Source: a virus | DNA: 64,000 nt | IMG/VR virus record: IMGVR_UViG_3300037488_001841 | Location: 11,555-75,554 of that record | Reading direction: 5' to 3' (one strand) | Shown here: one piece after another, positions 19,901 to 30,356 of the stretch | How the letters are laid out: the number at the start of each line of letters is the position of its first letter | Position numbering within the stretch: position 1 is the first letter of the stretch | Notes under the pieces: model-generated | What the model was told of the DNA's origin: nothing | Databases searched by the model: none | Seen by the model: only the letters and a program-made list of their open reading frames with translations | Program-made: the position numbers and the translations under genes

Positions 19901-22632
19901 GTGCAACAACAAATACTTTTGGTAATAATGCGGTCACGGGAACAACAATATTATCTGCGGCGCCAAATACAACATCTAACGTTGTCCCTATTGCGTCTAA
20001 CGTTGTTTATGCAAATCCTATAAATGGACAAACGTCCTCAGTTAGTATTAATATTTTACAAACAGGAGATACAATAACTGATTCCATTAAAGATGATTTC
20101 CTAAAATACCCAACCGACATGGAGTATTTCCAAGTGATTACAGGTGTGAGCGTTTCTGATTTTATTAATATGTCTAGTACTTCAAATACTAATTTATTCC
20201 CTAAAAGATTTTTAAGACATCAAATTGTATATACAATAAGTGATCCTTCAGATGTATCAAACATATCGTTTTCATGGTCATCTCCTATTATACCACCGGC
20301 AACAGTATATGAAAATACATATAATAATGCGAATGGTTCATCGGCAATTGATGCGAATTACTTTGACTGTTTAGATAGTTTATCAGATGGTTTAAATTAC
20401 GAGGTTCTTATGTTTGTAAGGGGAGTTGATCCGCACACTGAAAAACAAAAAGTAAAATATGATCTTTCTCGTATCTTTGGATTTACAGGGTGGAACCAAC
20501 CTGGATTGAACATAACTGGAGATTATTATTTAAATCAACCAATAAAACCGGTTGGGGTTGCACCATTAACACATAATACTCCAACAAATACGTTTAATAA
20601 TTTATATTTCCCTTCTTTTACTTTTAATATTAGTCCATCAATACCGGGTAATCAAAATTATACAGGGTTTACATCTACATTACCATATTATTATTTATCA
20701 ACAGATGATAATTTTGCAACAGGATATATACCTGTCAACGGGTTTCCAACTAAAGGATTGTTATCTGCGACTTTACAGACGTTAATTGCCAACAGTAATT
20801 ATACCTTACCAAGACAACAAACAGATTATATAGGTGGTGGACCATTTATTGCGTCATCGTTTAATACACCATATACGATTAATGGTATGTATTATGGTCA
20901 AGTTTCATCTGAGGATGATTACGGTTATCCAAATGTAATACCTAATCAGTTCTTTGCGTTATATTCTACCGCATATTTTAAATATCCGGCATTAGTTGGT
21001 GTTAATTTTAACAATAGAAATAGAATAGTGATGAGGAGTGATAGATTACCAACATCAACCTGTGTTGAAAATGCTCCGGGTAATAGAACCGCATATGCTT
21101 TACATCAAAATAATGATTTTTGTTATTACAAAACTGACGGAGTTGGAAGTCAACAATCAAATAGTTTTAGTAGTATATATGAAATTGCGGGTAATCTTGA
21201 TCAATTTAGTGGTAGTACGGGGTTAACGCAAACACTTACTTGTGATGGGTTAGTGTCATTAGAATGTTATTCAGGTACTGGTACTAATGTGGGTGTGATT
21301 CCCGCTAATCAATGTTCTGTTCCTGAAAATAGGGTAACTAAAGGTTGTTATTGTTTATTAAATAAGACATATCTCCTTGAATTTGGTTCGGACGCTAGAT
21401 TATTTATGGAATGGAAAACAAGATTTACGTTAGTATTTGCAACCTGTAGAGGTGTTTTTGCTCAGACATTCCAAAACAATTGGATTAATGGTACATTATA
21501 TATGCCATCTTTTAATAAGAGATCAATATATCCTACAAATAATCTTACAAATATATCAACACCTAATTATGTGTATTGTAAAGATATTGTCGTTTACAAT
21601 AACATAAGTAATAATTTTTACTATAGAAGTTCCCCTTGGAGTGACAATGTACAAGAGTTTATTGGTAAAGAAATACCTCAACCACCAAATTGGATAACGC
21701 TTAATTTTAATCCGGGATATAACGAAAAGAATATAATGTTCCCGACTACAATATTAGACATGGGGCCAAGAGATTCATATATAAGTGAAATATGTAATAA
21801 CCCAAGTTTTAAAGGATACATGAGTGATCAATTTAGATCAACTAGTTATAATGAAAATGGTGATATAATACAATTAGGGTTTTTATCTAGAATTTTAAAT
21901 GAAAATTTTAGACAAGTAATGATACCTATTACTACAGGTGGTAATAATTCGGAAGGTAAGGGACTTGCACAATTCTTTAATAGTGGTAGAGGTGGAGATA
22001 GAATTGATGGTGATTTTGCACAAGCATTATCAATAAATTCTGAATTTAAAATTAATCCATTTATTGATGAAAACTACGGTAATGTGGATATTTTTATTGG
22101 TGATGACGGACAATTACCATCACCAAGTAAACCTGTTTTTGGTGTATTTTATAGATCATCAAATATTGAATATTCATATAGAAGAAAATTAACTCCAGGA
22201 ATTGAAATTTATAACATATCACCTTTATTACAAGACGCTTATGGACACCCTAAAACTCAAGTGGTACCACATTATAAATGGATATTACAACCATCTAATG
22301 TTATTTTTGGTGCGGAATCTAATAATTGGTGGACAATTCCTAATCAAAGTGGTGGTGTTGGATTCTTCAAAAAAGGGTATCAAGATTTAGATTATAGTGT
22401 TGATCCTTATTTTACAACACCGGCATTACAACCTGGTAATCCATTACCGTTATTACCTCAAGGTTTTATAACAAATTTTAATCAAAATACAGGATTACCT
22501 GAGCCTTCATTCACAGTAAATGGTAATCTTTATTTGGTTGGAGCTCCAAGTCATTTTTATTTTGGGTTAAATAATGGAAAAACGGCAATGAATAGATTCA
22601 TAAAAAAATATATTGATACTGCAGACATATAA
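16993..22632 (+). CDS. Giant baseplate/tail-associated protein with N-terminal carboxypeptidase-regulatory-like beta domain and internal hydrophobic helices
   Basis: GRVLVNNGYGVPNARVSVF...TNDSGDYMIFGVPTG; hydrophobic block around aa 585-700; located in the baseplate operon. Confidence 0.6.
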   Translation: MPKSYRIRTTPGTEKTINIQLEQDFEFLEILSLKINQGDIYNRMCSDYGVIIGRVLVNNGYGVPNARVSVFIPIDDIDIDNPIISELYPYRTLSDVSEDGYRYNLLPKEPSYTGHAATGTFPNKEEILIDQSYVEVYDKYYRFSVRTNDSGDYMIFGVPTGTQTILMDVDLSDIGCFSLSPQDLIDSGVAVESQVNGSKFKTSTNLSELPQIVTLNKIIEVAPLWGEPEICLLGITRADFDLTSSANITIKPNAVFMGSLISTTDDDAVRAITCMPKNDTGNLCELISGPGQILTIRQTINVDQDGRPILETHELDEDGKVIDADGAFLINVPMNLNYIVTNEFGEQVLSNDPKKGIPTKGKYRFKFKWQNEQGLQNPFLRGHYLVPNIKEHGWVTSVIDPLINYPTTQYQFTLPGGTFTTTVTLNNTSTGGLVLDNKINVESFTVLLNGIPYFGDLESIPITVIPTTITINVVPINPGTLTQFNYTFYQQPTFDALRSYAFSLDWNDYGDNTTVVGQQMIQEAIDCEDKFYEFNYNKVYTTSMFLDRYKKGAGRAKHLGIKEIDDRTCKSTVNTFPVNDIIRNFDFIFFVFNLLINILAIPILVILFVAHFIAFIWPVLKYLLIVLGVYFAYQAISDGVELTNWIISATSTVSVPGGPVFSAGLILQIALYYAKLLFKLGLSLAFIAFTVKYLIKITNFPRIGLPMMSYPECTSCDCDCGNAELDDDIDENTVNASIEEQQNGLDDSGIQYAQSTSFIAPLNLTSSYDVNHPNLNNFPGEDSDDNDKGYFFAGASLSTNKQYKSLINRVVDDQVGGDVIIDAIFDFKRLFSGFDILSSTTDPNAFNKFHAPQPFLFAAEKTNGADDRWFGHPLSETYPQKLNEFNTRDKYFGNIGVGGGGSNIIRTTVNPQLSVAPYNLGTQPTFTDQIVVVLANAGTAQTLGIGELVTFQDPNFNNGQVISRKINLTGATTNTFGNNAVTGTTILSAAPNTTSNVVPIASNVVYANPINGQTSSVSINILQTGDTITDSIKDDFLKYPTDMEYFQVITGVSVSDFINMSSTSNTNLFPKRFLRHQIVYTISDPSDVSNISFSWSSPIIPPATVYENTYNNANGSSAIDANYFDCLDSLSDGLNYEVLMFVRGVDPHTEKQKVKYDLSRIFGFTGWNQPGLNITGDYYLNQPIKPVGVAPLTHNTPTNTFNNLYFPSFTFNISPSIPGNQNYTGFTSTLPYYYLSTDDNFATGYIPVNGFPTKGLLSATLQTLIANSNYTLPRQQTDYIGGGPFIASSFNTPYTINGMYYGQVSSEDDYGYPNVIPNQFFALYSTAYFKYPALVGVNFNNRNRIVMRSDRLPTSTCVENAPGNRTAYALHQNNDFCYYKTDGVGSQQSNSFSSIYEIAGNLDQFSGSTGLTQTLTCDGLVSLECYSGTGTNVGVIPANQCSVPENRVTKGCYCLLNKTYLLEFGSDARLFMEWKTRFTLVFATCRGVFAQTFQNNWINGTLYMPSFNKRSIYPTNNLTNISTPNYVYCKDIVVYNNISNNFYYRSSPWSDNVQEFIGKEIPQPPNWITLNFNPGYNEKNIMFPTTILDMGPRDSYISEICNNPSFKGYMSDQFRSTSYNENGDIIQLGFLSRILNENFRQVMIPITTGGNNSEGKGLAQFFNSGRGGDRIDGDFAQALSINSEFKINPFIDENYGNVDIFIGDDGQLPSPSKPVFGVFYRSSNIEYSYRRKLTPGIEIYNISPLLQDAYGHPKTQVVPHYKWILQPSNVIFGAESNNWWTIPNQSGGVGFFKKGYQDLDYSVDPYFTTPALQPGNPLPLLPQGFITNFNQNTGLPEPSFTVNGNLYLVGAPSHFYFGLNNGKTAMNRFIKKYIDTADI

Positions 22633-24398
22633 TGGGAGTAAATGATACAACAAAAATTGTTTTAGGATCTTTGAGATACAAAGCGTCTCCAAATACGGTA
22701 TTGTCCGTAAATGTTGATTTAAATCAAAATGAAAAAGAATTAATTGAATTTGATAGAAATGTTGATTTAAGTTTACAACAAGTTTTTACTGATGAGAGAC
22801 AATTAGGTACAATATTTAGACCTGTTACCAAATATTCGGTCATCTTTAAGAATGAGTATACTGGTACAACAAATTATAATCCTTTTAAGGATAATTTATA
22901 TTACACCAATGCTATTGCTAACACAATATCAACATTCCCTAATGGTAATTTACCTCCAATACAACCTAACTTAAATGTACTTTGGGAGGGTTATCCACAA
23001 TATTTTGAATTTGATTTTATTAGAACTGATAACAATGTTGTTGGTTATACGGTACCGCCAAATAACCATATAAATTTTGTTAATAAAAGTGCTAGTACAT
23101 ATAATTGGACTCATTATATGAGTTATGCGTTTACTAATGAACCAAATAGACAAATGTATGCTATTGATAGTATTACAACTACAAGTTGGGCTTGGGTTGC
23201 TTCCGATGGTATACCATTCATTATCAATGAAGGTAATGATGATTTTGGTCCGGTCATTTCATTCAGATGCCCAATGAAACACGGGTTAAACGTAAATGAA
23301 TTTGTTGAATTATCATTAACATATAACAACACTAATGTGTTTCAGGTTATAAGTTTAGGTGACCCCGCTTTCGGTAGTGATGAATATATTTTCAACATAT
23401 ATAATATTGGGTATATTGGAACAACTTTTAATAATGGTAATACAGGTACCTTTAAACGAGTTATTAATAGAAGTAACCTCAATGAAACTAGATCTGAATA
23501 TTATGTTAGAGTACATAAAATTTTAACAAATGCTGAAGATGCGGTTTTAGTTAAAGCGGGGTTTGAACAAAATATTTTTAATCCTAAAACTAAATTTGAA
23601 ACGGCGGTATTAACTCCAAATGGAGTATCAAGGTCATCTGTTAAAGAAGGTGGTCAAGCATATTCACTTTCTTTTAATGTGGATGTTGATGTACAACCAC
23701 TTAGGGATAATCAAAACAGACCAATATCTGAATTATACTTTACAACAGTGTGGAAAGGGTATTTTGGGTGGACAAAAAAATTAAAACAAGGTTGGGGGTT
23801 CAATATACCACTTAGCAATTCAATCCCAAACCCTTGGTGGGATGTTTCAAATCCACTATCAAACACTAATATTGTTACTAACACATATAATAGTTTAACT
23901 ATTCCACCTTCAGGATTTACGTATAATGAAAACCTTAAACCGGGAGATCTAATTGATGGTGATTATTGTGAGTGGAATGATTATGAGCAAACCGAGAGAG
24001 TTATTTCAAGATATAATCAAAAAATTACTTTTAACCAAACTTATTTTTGGTTAAATACAGATGCTCCCCAATCCAACCAATTTGGATATTATTATAACCC
24101 TCACGACCCAATAGTGATAAGAAGATATTCAACATATATTGAGGAAGGAGATCCATTAAAGGTGATTAACATTCCTGATTATGCTTTTTATTCAAACTTA
24201 TCAAATAGTTTTAGATGGAGAGATATATATCCATATGGGTTTGTTGATAATGATGGGGTTGGTGTTGACTATCCGTTTATCAATGGAAAACATTACCCAT
24301 TTGTGAATACCATTTTTAGAATAACACCTGAAGGAAGTAATGTGGGTGTAGATGACATAACCGTAATAGCAGAACCAATAGTAGATGATTGTGAATAA
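22632..24398 (+). CDS. Putative virion structural protein
   Basis: ORF track; translationally coupled within the baseplate operon; N/Y-rich. Confidence 0.6.
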   Translation: MGVNDTTKIVLGSLRYKASPNTVLSVNVDLNQNEKELIEFDRNVDLSLQQVFTDERQLGTIFRPVTKYSVIFKNEYTGTTNYNPFKDNLYYTNAIANTISTFPNGNLPPIQPNLNVLWEGYPQYFEFDFIRTDNNVVGYTVPPNNHINFVNKSASTYNWTHYMSYAFTNEPNRQMYAIDSITTTSWAWVASDGIPFIINEGNDDFGPVISFRCPMKHGLNVNEFVELSLTYNNTNVFQVISLGDPAFGSDEYIFNIYNIGYIGTTFNNGNTGTFKRVINRSNLNETRSEYYVRVHKILTNAEDAVLVKAGFEQNIFNPKTKFETAVLTPNGVSRSSVKEGGQAYSLSFNVDVDVQPLRDNQNRPISELYFTTVWKGYFGWTKKLKQGWGFNIPLSNSIPNPWWDVSNPLSNTNIVTNTYNSLTIPPSGFTYNENLKPGDLIDGDYCEWNDYEQTERVISRYNQKITFNQTYFWLNTDAPQSNQFGYYYNPHDPIVIRRYSTYIEEGDPLKVINIPDYAFYSNLSNSFRWRDIYPYGFVDNDGVGVDYPFINGKHYPFVNTIFRITPEGSNVGVDDITVIAEPIVDDCE

Positions 24399-25206
24399 AT
24401 ATAAAATAGTACTACCAGAGAACGATCAGTATCTTAACATACCTTTAGAAATGAATTGGGATTTTCTTGGTAGGGACGATAGTATTGAAGTTTATCAAGA
24501 AACAATGGTTAAGGAGGTTGTTGGTGGGGTTAATGATTTTGAGGTCCTTCAATTTTCACACAATGAATACGTTAATAATTCAAATTTTGAAAAGACAAAT
24601 ATAAATTATGAATTTTATTTTTATGATAATGTTATACCAATAACGTCACCATTAGTTAATAGTACGAATTGGAATAATAGTTATTTAGACGAAGGTTTTA
24701 CGGTTGATGAGGTTTATTATTATACAAAACCATTCACAAAGTCATTTTTTAAGTTGGATTTATATGATACGGATGATGAAAAAACTCAAGTATTATATCT
24801 AACTATTATTTTACCCGTACAACAAGGATTTACTCAAACGGCATCATTATCATCATTATTGACTAACGTTGATATAAGAATACCAAAGTTTAGTTTGGAT
24901 TATGTGGGGGATAAAGAAGGATTCCATATATATTGGTTAAGAAAACAATTATATATTGATATTAGTGAATTCTATATGACGGCTAAATTTTTTGATGGTA
25001 GATTGGGTGTTTATGTTAGAATGACAAACACACCACAATCAAACATTGCTAATAAATTCACATTTAATCCGAATGATTATTTCTATTACAAGGTTAATTT
25101 GGATTACACAAATAAAACTTATGAAGTTTATGCAACTTCTAATCTAACACAAAGAGTTGGTATTGATGGATTTCCAATTTTGTGGTATGAATATGTAAAC
25201 CCGTAA
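24385..25206 (+). CDS. Putative virion structural protein (start may be GTG 24391)
   Basis: ORF track; overlaps the upstream stop. Confidence 0.6.
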   Translation: MIVNKYKIVLPENDQYLNIPLEMNWDFLGRDDSIEVYQETMVKEVVGGVNDFEVLQFSHNEYVNNSNFEKTNINYEFYFYDNVIPITSPLVNSTNWNNSYLDEGFTVDEVYYYTKPFTKSFFKLDLYDTDDEKTQVLYLTIILPVQQGFTQTASLSSLLTNVDIRIPKFSLDYVGDKEGFHIYWLRKQLYIDISEFYMTAKFFDGRLGVYVRMTNTPQSNIANKFTFNPNDYFYYKVNLDYTNKTYEVYATSNLTQRVGIDGFPILWYEYVNP

Positions 25207-25207
25207 G

Positions 25208-26380
25208 ATGGAAGAACAAAAATATTATTTTAAAATATCACCTGAAAATGTTAAACGAGACATTGTGGAAGTTACCTATGTTGAGAATACTGGATATGCG
25301 TATAGTGCCGACCCTTGTTGTTCAATTACCTCAGTAACCCCCACTTCATTAACTGGTTTTACCGGTGTTTATTCGGGTATGTCTCAGATTTTATCGGGAG
25401 GAACTAATGGGCAATCATTATTAACGGGATTAACGGTTCCAATCCTTTTAACGGAGGTGGCAACAGATCTTGGGTATTATTCGGTTTTTGATGGGGCGAT
25501 ATTACAAAAAGAAGTTATTACGAATTTTTTATTTTCGGCAACAACAAGTAATCCATATACGTTTTATTTCTTTAATACTTCGGATACGGAGTTTAAGAAG
25601 TTTTTGTCCGTCTCAACATATACTGTTGATTGGGGTGATGGATCACCAATACAAACTGTAACAAGTCCAACACAATATACTCATGTTTACCCTGTTGTTA
25701 ATCAAACTTTTACAATTACATTAAAGGCAACTTCACCTTGGGGGATATCTATTATAACCAAAACGGTTACGGTACCATTTACTAATGTTCCAATTTTGAA
25801 CCCTAATGGTGTGGCAACTTTTACTCCTGCTGGTGGTAGTTGGGCAAATACATCATTTAGTTATGATTACATTTTTTCGGGGGATTCAAATACAGATGTA
25901 AATGATTATATAAGTTCTAATTATACTACGGTACCATTTGTGATTACGGGATTAACACAATCAAATGTTAATGATTTAAGGGTATATGGTCCAACATATA
26001 ATTTATTTGCGGGTAAATACAAATTAGGGATACAAGTTACGGGAACATCAGAATCTGTTGGGACTTATTGGGGTCCTGATCCAACAAATACATACACTGC
26101 TTATACAATTAATGACATTCTTTACTATGATTACAATGATGGTACAACAATATACATTATTGAATCATCAGGATTTACACAAAATGATTTGATATTGTCG
26201 GCTATAACCAAGAACGAGGCATTACTTAATGTTATTGATCAACCCGAAATTCAAACAGATGTGTATGTAGAAAGAGGTAAAAACTCGGCATTAGAATTTG
26301 TTGAACGACTTGGTGAGGTAGATAATGTTGGGGATTTAGAAAAATATGGATATGGATTTTTTAATGTTGAAAAACAATGA
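25208..26380 (+). CDS. Virion protein with PKD-like domain
   Basis: YTVDWGDGS...THVYP...FTITLKATSPWG matches the PKD WDFGDG-type pattern. Confidence 0.65.
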   Translation: MEEQKYYFKISPENVKRDIVEVTYVENTGYAYSADPCCSITSVTPTSLTGFTGVYSGMSQILSGGTNGQSLLTGLTVPILLTEVATDLGYYSVFDGAILQKEVITNFLFSATTSNPYTFYFFNTSDTEFKKFLSVSTYTVDWGDGSPIQTVTSPTQYTHVYPVVNQTFTITLKATSPWGISIITKTVTVPFTNVPILNPNGVATFTPAGGSWANTSFSYDYIFSGDSNTDVNDYISSNYTTVPFVITGLTQSNVNDLRVYGPTYNLFAGKYKLGIQVTGTSESVGTYWGPDPTNTYTAYTINDILYYDYNDGTTIYIIESSGFTQNDLILSAITKNEALLNVIDQPEIQTDVYVERGKNSALEFVERLGEVDNVGDLEKYGYGFFNVEKQ

Positions 26381-26387
26381 TTTTGAG

Positions 26388-26394
26388 TATTTAT
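26388..26394 (+). promoter_or_regulatory. TATTTAT motif, putative late promoter
   Basis: In the 50-nt gap before GTG 26431. Confidence 0.5.
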
Positions 26395-26430
26395 ATTTAA
26401 ACGATAAACAAACTTTAAAAACTAATAATT

Positions 26431-27339
26431 GTGGCTACAGGTAATTACGGAACAATAAGAAGTGCAGATGTTAGCCCTGATGACGTAGAAATAATTTTAA
26501 ATTATACACCATCAAGAGACGAGACAGACAATTTCGTACTAACAAAATTAAACGCTAGTACGGTATTACGACCATATTTCCACAATGGAACTACTGGTGG
26601 TAATGCGAATGTTGAAATACTTGGGGGTTTATATAATCTTAAGTTACCTACCGACCAATTCAACCAATTAGGGATATACACACTTTATATTAGACCCGCA
26701 GAAATTAGAACTAAAATTCTTGACTGTGGTATTTTATCTGCATTACCAAATGTTAAAGGTATTGTTGTGGATATTAATAATGTTCCTGCTAACTTTAGAA
26801 ACAAATTTATTAATCAAGGTTTAGTAGGTTTTAGAGTTGAGTATTTGAATTCAGATGGAACAAAAATACCTAATTTCTTTAGGATAATAACCTCATCGTT
26901 TTATTGTGAACCTGTGGTTGAAAATTTAACAAACACTAGTCAAAAGGCGATAAGATATAGATATGTGGAAGCATCAACAAACTTGATTTTTTGTACATTA
27001 TCCCCATCATCATCACCAACCAATAAACCAAATGCAACACCATTTATTGGACAACCCGATCAAAATATAATAATCTCAAATACATTCTTCAACCCAACAA
27101 CGGTTGAAATTGAAATTGTTGAACACGATATATCAACATTGGCAATTGCGTTATACGGTAATCAAACCAAATCTATGGATGATGGTATATACACCATTTA
27201 CGATAGTGATAACAATATCTACAAACAATACAACCTTTATGAGATTAGAGATCAATTTAATAATTTATTATATGAGGTAAGACAAGATAGAGGTGATAAC
27301 ATTGATTTTAGTAAAAACTTCTCAAATATAACTTCATAA
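26431..27339 (+). CDS. Putative baseplate/structural protein
   Basis: ORF track; context. Confidence 0.6.
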   Translation: MATGNYGTIRSADVSPDDVEIILNYTPSRDETDNFVLTKLNASTVLRPYFHNGTTGGNANVEILGGLYNLKLPTDQFNQLGIYTLYIRPAEIRTKILDCGILSALPNVKGIVVDINNVPANFRNKFINQGLVGFRVEYLNSDGTKIPNFFRIITSSFYCEPVVENLTNTSQKAIRYRYVEASTNLIFCTLSPSSSPTNKPNATPFIGQPDQNIIISNTFFNPTTVEIEIVEHDISTLAIALYGNQTKSMDDGIYTIYDSDNNIYKQYNLYEIRDQFNNLLYEVRQDRGDNIDFSKNFSNITS

Positions 27340-30300
27340 TGGCGGTAAATAATTATAAATGTCCTCCTCAGCCTGCCAGCGGTCAAGGCACTTTTTCTGA
27401 CAACTTAGTTGGTTTACAATTAGTTGATGGGGGAGGTCTTACCCAAGCGAATTTTGAGTTTACTACAAATATTACTGAAAAACAAAATAGAACATTTTCA
27501 ATTGGGTCATTTTCTGATCCGATATCCTTAGATAGTTTAAATATTAATAGTATTGAGGAATCAAAAAAATTAATTGCCGATAACTTTAGAGTTTATCCTA
27601 ATTTTGATTTAAGTCAGGTTACTAATTTCACCATGTTTGGTTCTTTAACAAAAAGGATGTCAACTTCGGTGACTAACATAATAAATTTTTTCCCTGCGGC
27701 TTTAGATGTACAAAGTACTCAGCCTAATTTCGTAACTTCTATCACGGTTCAAAATGCGTCGTATGATAGTGTTGAGGACGAAACATATTTTGAGATACCT
27801 ATTTCTGTTATTAGAAATCCATTTGGAATTGATTATACGGTTAATGCAACAAGAAACTTAGAATTAAGAGAAATACCTGTTTCTTATTTAAGAAACTTTA
27901 CCACACAATATTTAAAGTATTCATTATTCTTTAATGATGTTGAATATCCTGTGTCTGATTTTATACCGGCGCAACCAACAGATACAGTATTAAAAATTTA
28001 TGTTAATGGTAATCCATTTTTAGGTGTTCCAAGTGTTAGTGATAACTTTATAATAAGACCAAAACAACTTTATGTTAATAAGGTCTTCAATGAGAATTTA
28101 GATCAAGTTGAGAATTTCTTACTTAATAGAAATATCGTCCCTATTTATAGTGCGTATTTCCAAGTCCCTAAAGAAAATGAGGATGGGACATATTCTTACA
28201 GTCAAGAAGTTGCGATATTTCCATTAGTTGGTACATGGAACTTAGATATCGTATCTCCAAGATTTACAAATTATTTAACAAAATTAAATAATATTTCGGA
28301 ATACATTGATTTATATAAAACAAACTTAATTACAAGATTTTTAACTGCGGATGCAATCAAAGAGTTTGATACCGCGGACAGAAAAATGGAAAAGGTTTTA
28401 CAAATCTATGGTAGAAGTTTTGATGAAACAAGAAAATTCATTACGGCTCTTGCTAATATGAATTCTGTAAATTATAATATTAAAAATGATATACCATCAC
28501 AATTACTTAAAAATTTAGCACAAACATTAGGTTGGAATATAAATATTTCCCCAATAACTAATGATCAATTATTAAGTTCTGTGTTTAGTGATGGTAGTAA
28601 TGCTTTTACGGGGTTACCTCAAGGACAAACACCTGAGGAGTTAAACTACCAATATTTTAGAAACTTAATATTAAATTCCGCCTTTTTATTCAAATCAAAA
28701 GGTACGAGAAAGTCAATTGAAATTTTATTAAGAATGGTTGGGGCTCCTGAAGCATTAACCGAATTTAACGAACACGTATATGTTGCGGATCAAAAAATCA
28801 ATTTAAGACAATTTGGAATACAATACGCTCAAATATCGGGAGGAACTTATTCCCAAGAATTACCCGTTTTAGATACGAATGATTTGTTTTCTATAATGGG
28901 TGTTCAGTACACAGGGTTTACAACAACAACCATCACACAAGATGTGTCATTAACGATAAATGATTATCCTATTGATAGTTTTGGTTACCCAAGTATGCCT
29001 GTCCCAACAGACACATACTTCTTCCAAATTGGTGGAGGTTGGTTTGAGTCAACACCACAACATAGGATGCCGGCTCAAGCGGATTTAACAAATAGTGTGT
29101 TTACGGGAGCAAATCCAAACTATCAAACAAAATTACTTCCGTTTAATTATGGTCAGGAATACTTAGAAAGATATCGTAGTTTCCCTTACATGGATTTAGG
29201 GTTTAATCTTCGAAAAACGGTGGATAATAAGAAAAGTTGGACTGATAATGAGAAGTATTTAAGAAAGAATTTTGATGGGAACTTTAATGCTTATTATGGG
29301 GTTTCTGATGATAGGTTAGTTATAAATGTAAAAAATGTTGATCTTTTTATGAATCCGGCTCAAGGGTTGGTTTATGATGTGTGGACAATGTCAAGAAGAT
29401 ATAATTATCCGATACCTGAAGAAGGTTTGTTCTATGTGGATCCAACTTACTGTAATCCATATCCAAATATTGAATACCCAAATAGAGGTGGTATAGATTG
29501 GACTGTAATTGTACCTAAACCAAAACAAAAAACATTCTTTGAGTTTGCTCAAACTTTTTGGAAGAATATGATTAATGTTAGGAATAGACAGTTTATGACC
29601 GACGGTAAAACTAGTGGGTATCCAACATTATCCTCAATATATTGGAAATATTTAGAATCTGAACAAGCAATTAATGTTCGTAATGACAACTTCAATTATC
29701 AAACAATGATTGATTATGTTGATGGAATGGGAGATTATTGGATTAGATTGGTAGAACAAATGATTCCGGCGACAACAATATGGAATACCGGTGTTAAATA
29801 TGAGAATTCAATTTTCCATAGACAAAAATTTGTATGGAGAAGACAACGAGGATGTGAAATTATTCCTGTTCCTTGTAAACCTTGTAAGTTAATTACTCAA
29901 ATATTCTCATATGACTGTCCTGTACAAGAAACTGTTGTTGGTTTATATCCTTGGGATACAAACCCATCAATAACTTCATTTGGGGCTCTTTTAGGTAGTT
30001 CATTAACCACATATGGAAATGCCAATAATGTGAATATTAATAATGATTGTTTATTGAATACATTAGAAAGTGATTGGTATATTGATATTAGAATCGATGG
30101 TACTCCGATCTTAATTTATGAATTCTTCAATGGGGTAGGATACTCAAATCCTGCTTTAAGTGCTCCAACGGCGAATGATTGGCTTAACGGATTATATGAT
30201 GCTTTAGTTGGTTTACTTGATTATGGTTTAGATTATATTATTGATACCACTAATCAAACCATAACAATTTATAATAATAATTGTTTACCGATAAATAAAA

Positions 30301-30356
30301 CCCAAAATTTTGAAATAAATGTGGGTATAAACTTTGATATACTATGTAATCCGTGA
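27339..30356 (+). CDS. Baseplate wedge protein with P2 gpI / T4 gp7-like domain
   Basis: IPSQLLKNLAQTLGW...FRNLILNSAFLFKSKGTRKSIEILLRMVG follows the tail protein I pattern (L..LA..G..KGT..+..+L). Confidence 0.7.
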   Translation: MAVNNYKCPPQPASGQGTFSDNLVGLQLVDGGGLTQANFEFTTNITEKQNRTFSIGSFSDPISLDSLNINSIEESKKLIADNFRVYPNFDLSQVTNFTMFGSLTKRMSTSVTNIINFFPAALDVQSTQPNFVTSITVQNASYDSVEDETYFEIPISVIRNPFGIDYTVNATRNLELREIPVSYLRNFTTQYLKYSLFFNDVEYPVSDFIPAQPTDTVLKIYVNGNPFLGVPSVSDNFIIRPKQLYVNKVFNENLDQVENFLLNRNIVPIYSAYFQVPKENEDGTYSYSQEVAIFPLVGTWNLDIVSPRFTNYLTKLNNISEYIDLYKTNLITRFLTADAIKEFDTADRKMEKVLQIYGRSFDETRKFITALANMNSVNYNIKNDIPSQLLKNLAQTLGWNINISPITNDQLLSSVFSDGSNAFTGLPQGQTPEELNYQYFRNLILNSAFLFKSKGTRKSIEILLRMVGAPEALTEFNEHVYVADQKINLRQFGIQYAQISGGTYSQELPVLDTNDLFSIMGVQYTGFTTTTITQDVSLTINDYPIDSFGYPSMPVPTDTYFFQIGGGWFESTPQHRMPAQADLTNSVFTGANPNYQTKLLPFNYGQEYLERYRSFPYMDLGFNLRKTVDNKKSWTDNEKYLRKNFDGNFNAYYGVSDDRLVINVKNVDLFMNPAQGLVYDVWTMSRRYNYPIPEEGLFYVDPTYCNPYPNIEYPNRGGIDWTVIVPKPKQKTFFEFAQTFWKNMINVRNRQFMTDGKTSGYPTLSSIYWKYLESEQAINVRNDNFNYQTMIDYVDGMGDYWIRLVEQMIPATTIWNTGVKYENSIFHRQKFVWRRQRGCEIIPVPCKPCKLITQIFSYDCPVQETVVGLYPWDTNPSITSFGALLGSSLTTYGNANNVNINNDCLLNTLESDWYIDIRIDGTPILIYEFFNGVGYSNPALSAPTANDWLNGLYDALVGLLDYGLDYIIDTTNQTITIYNNNCLPINKTQNFEINVGINFDILCNP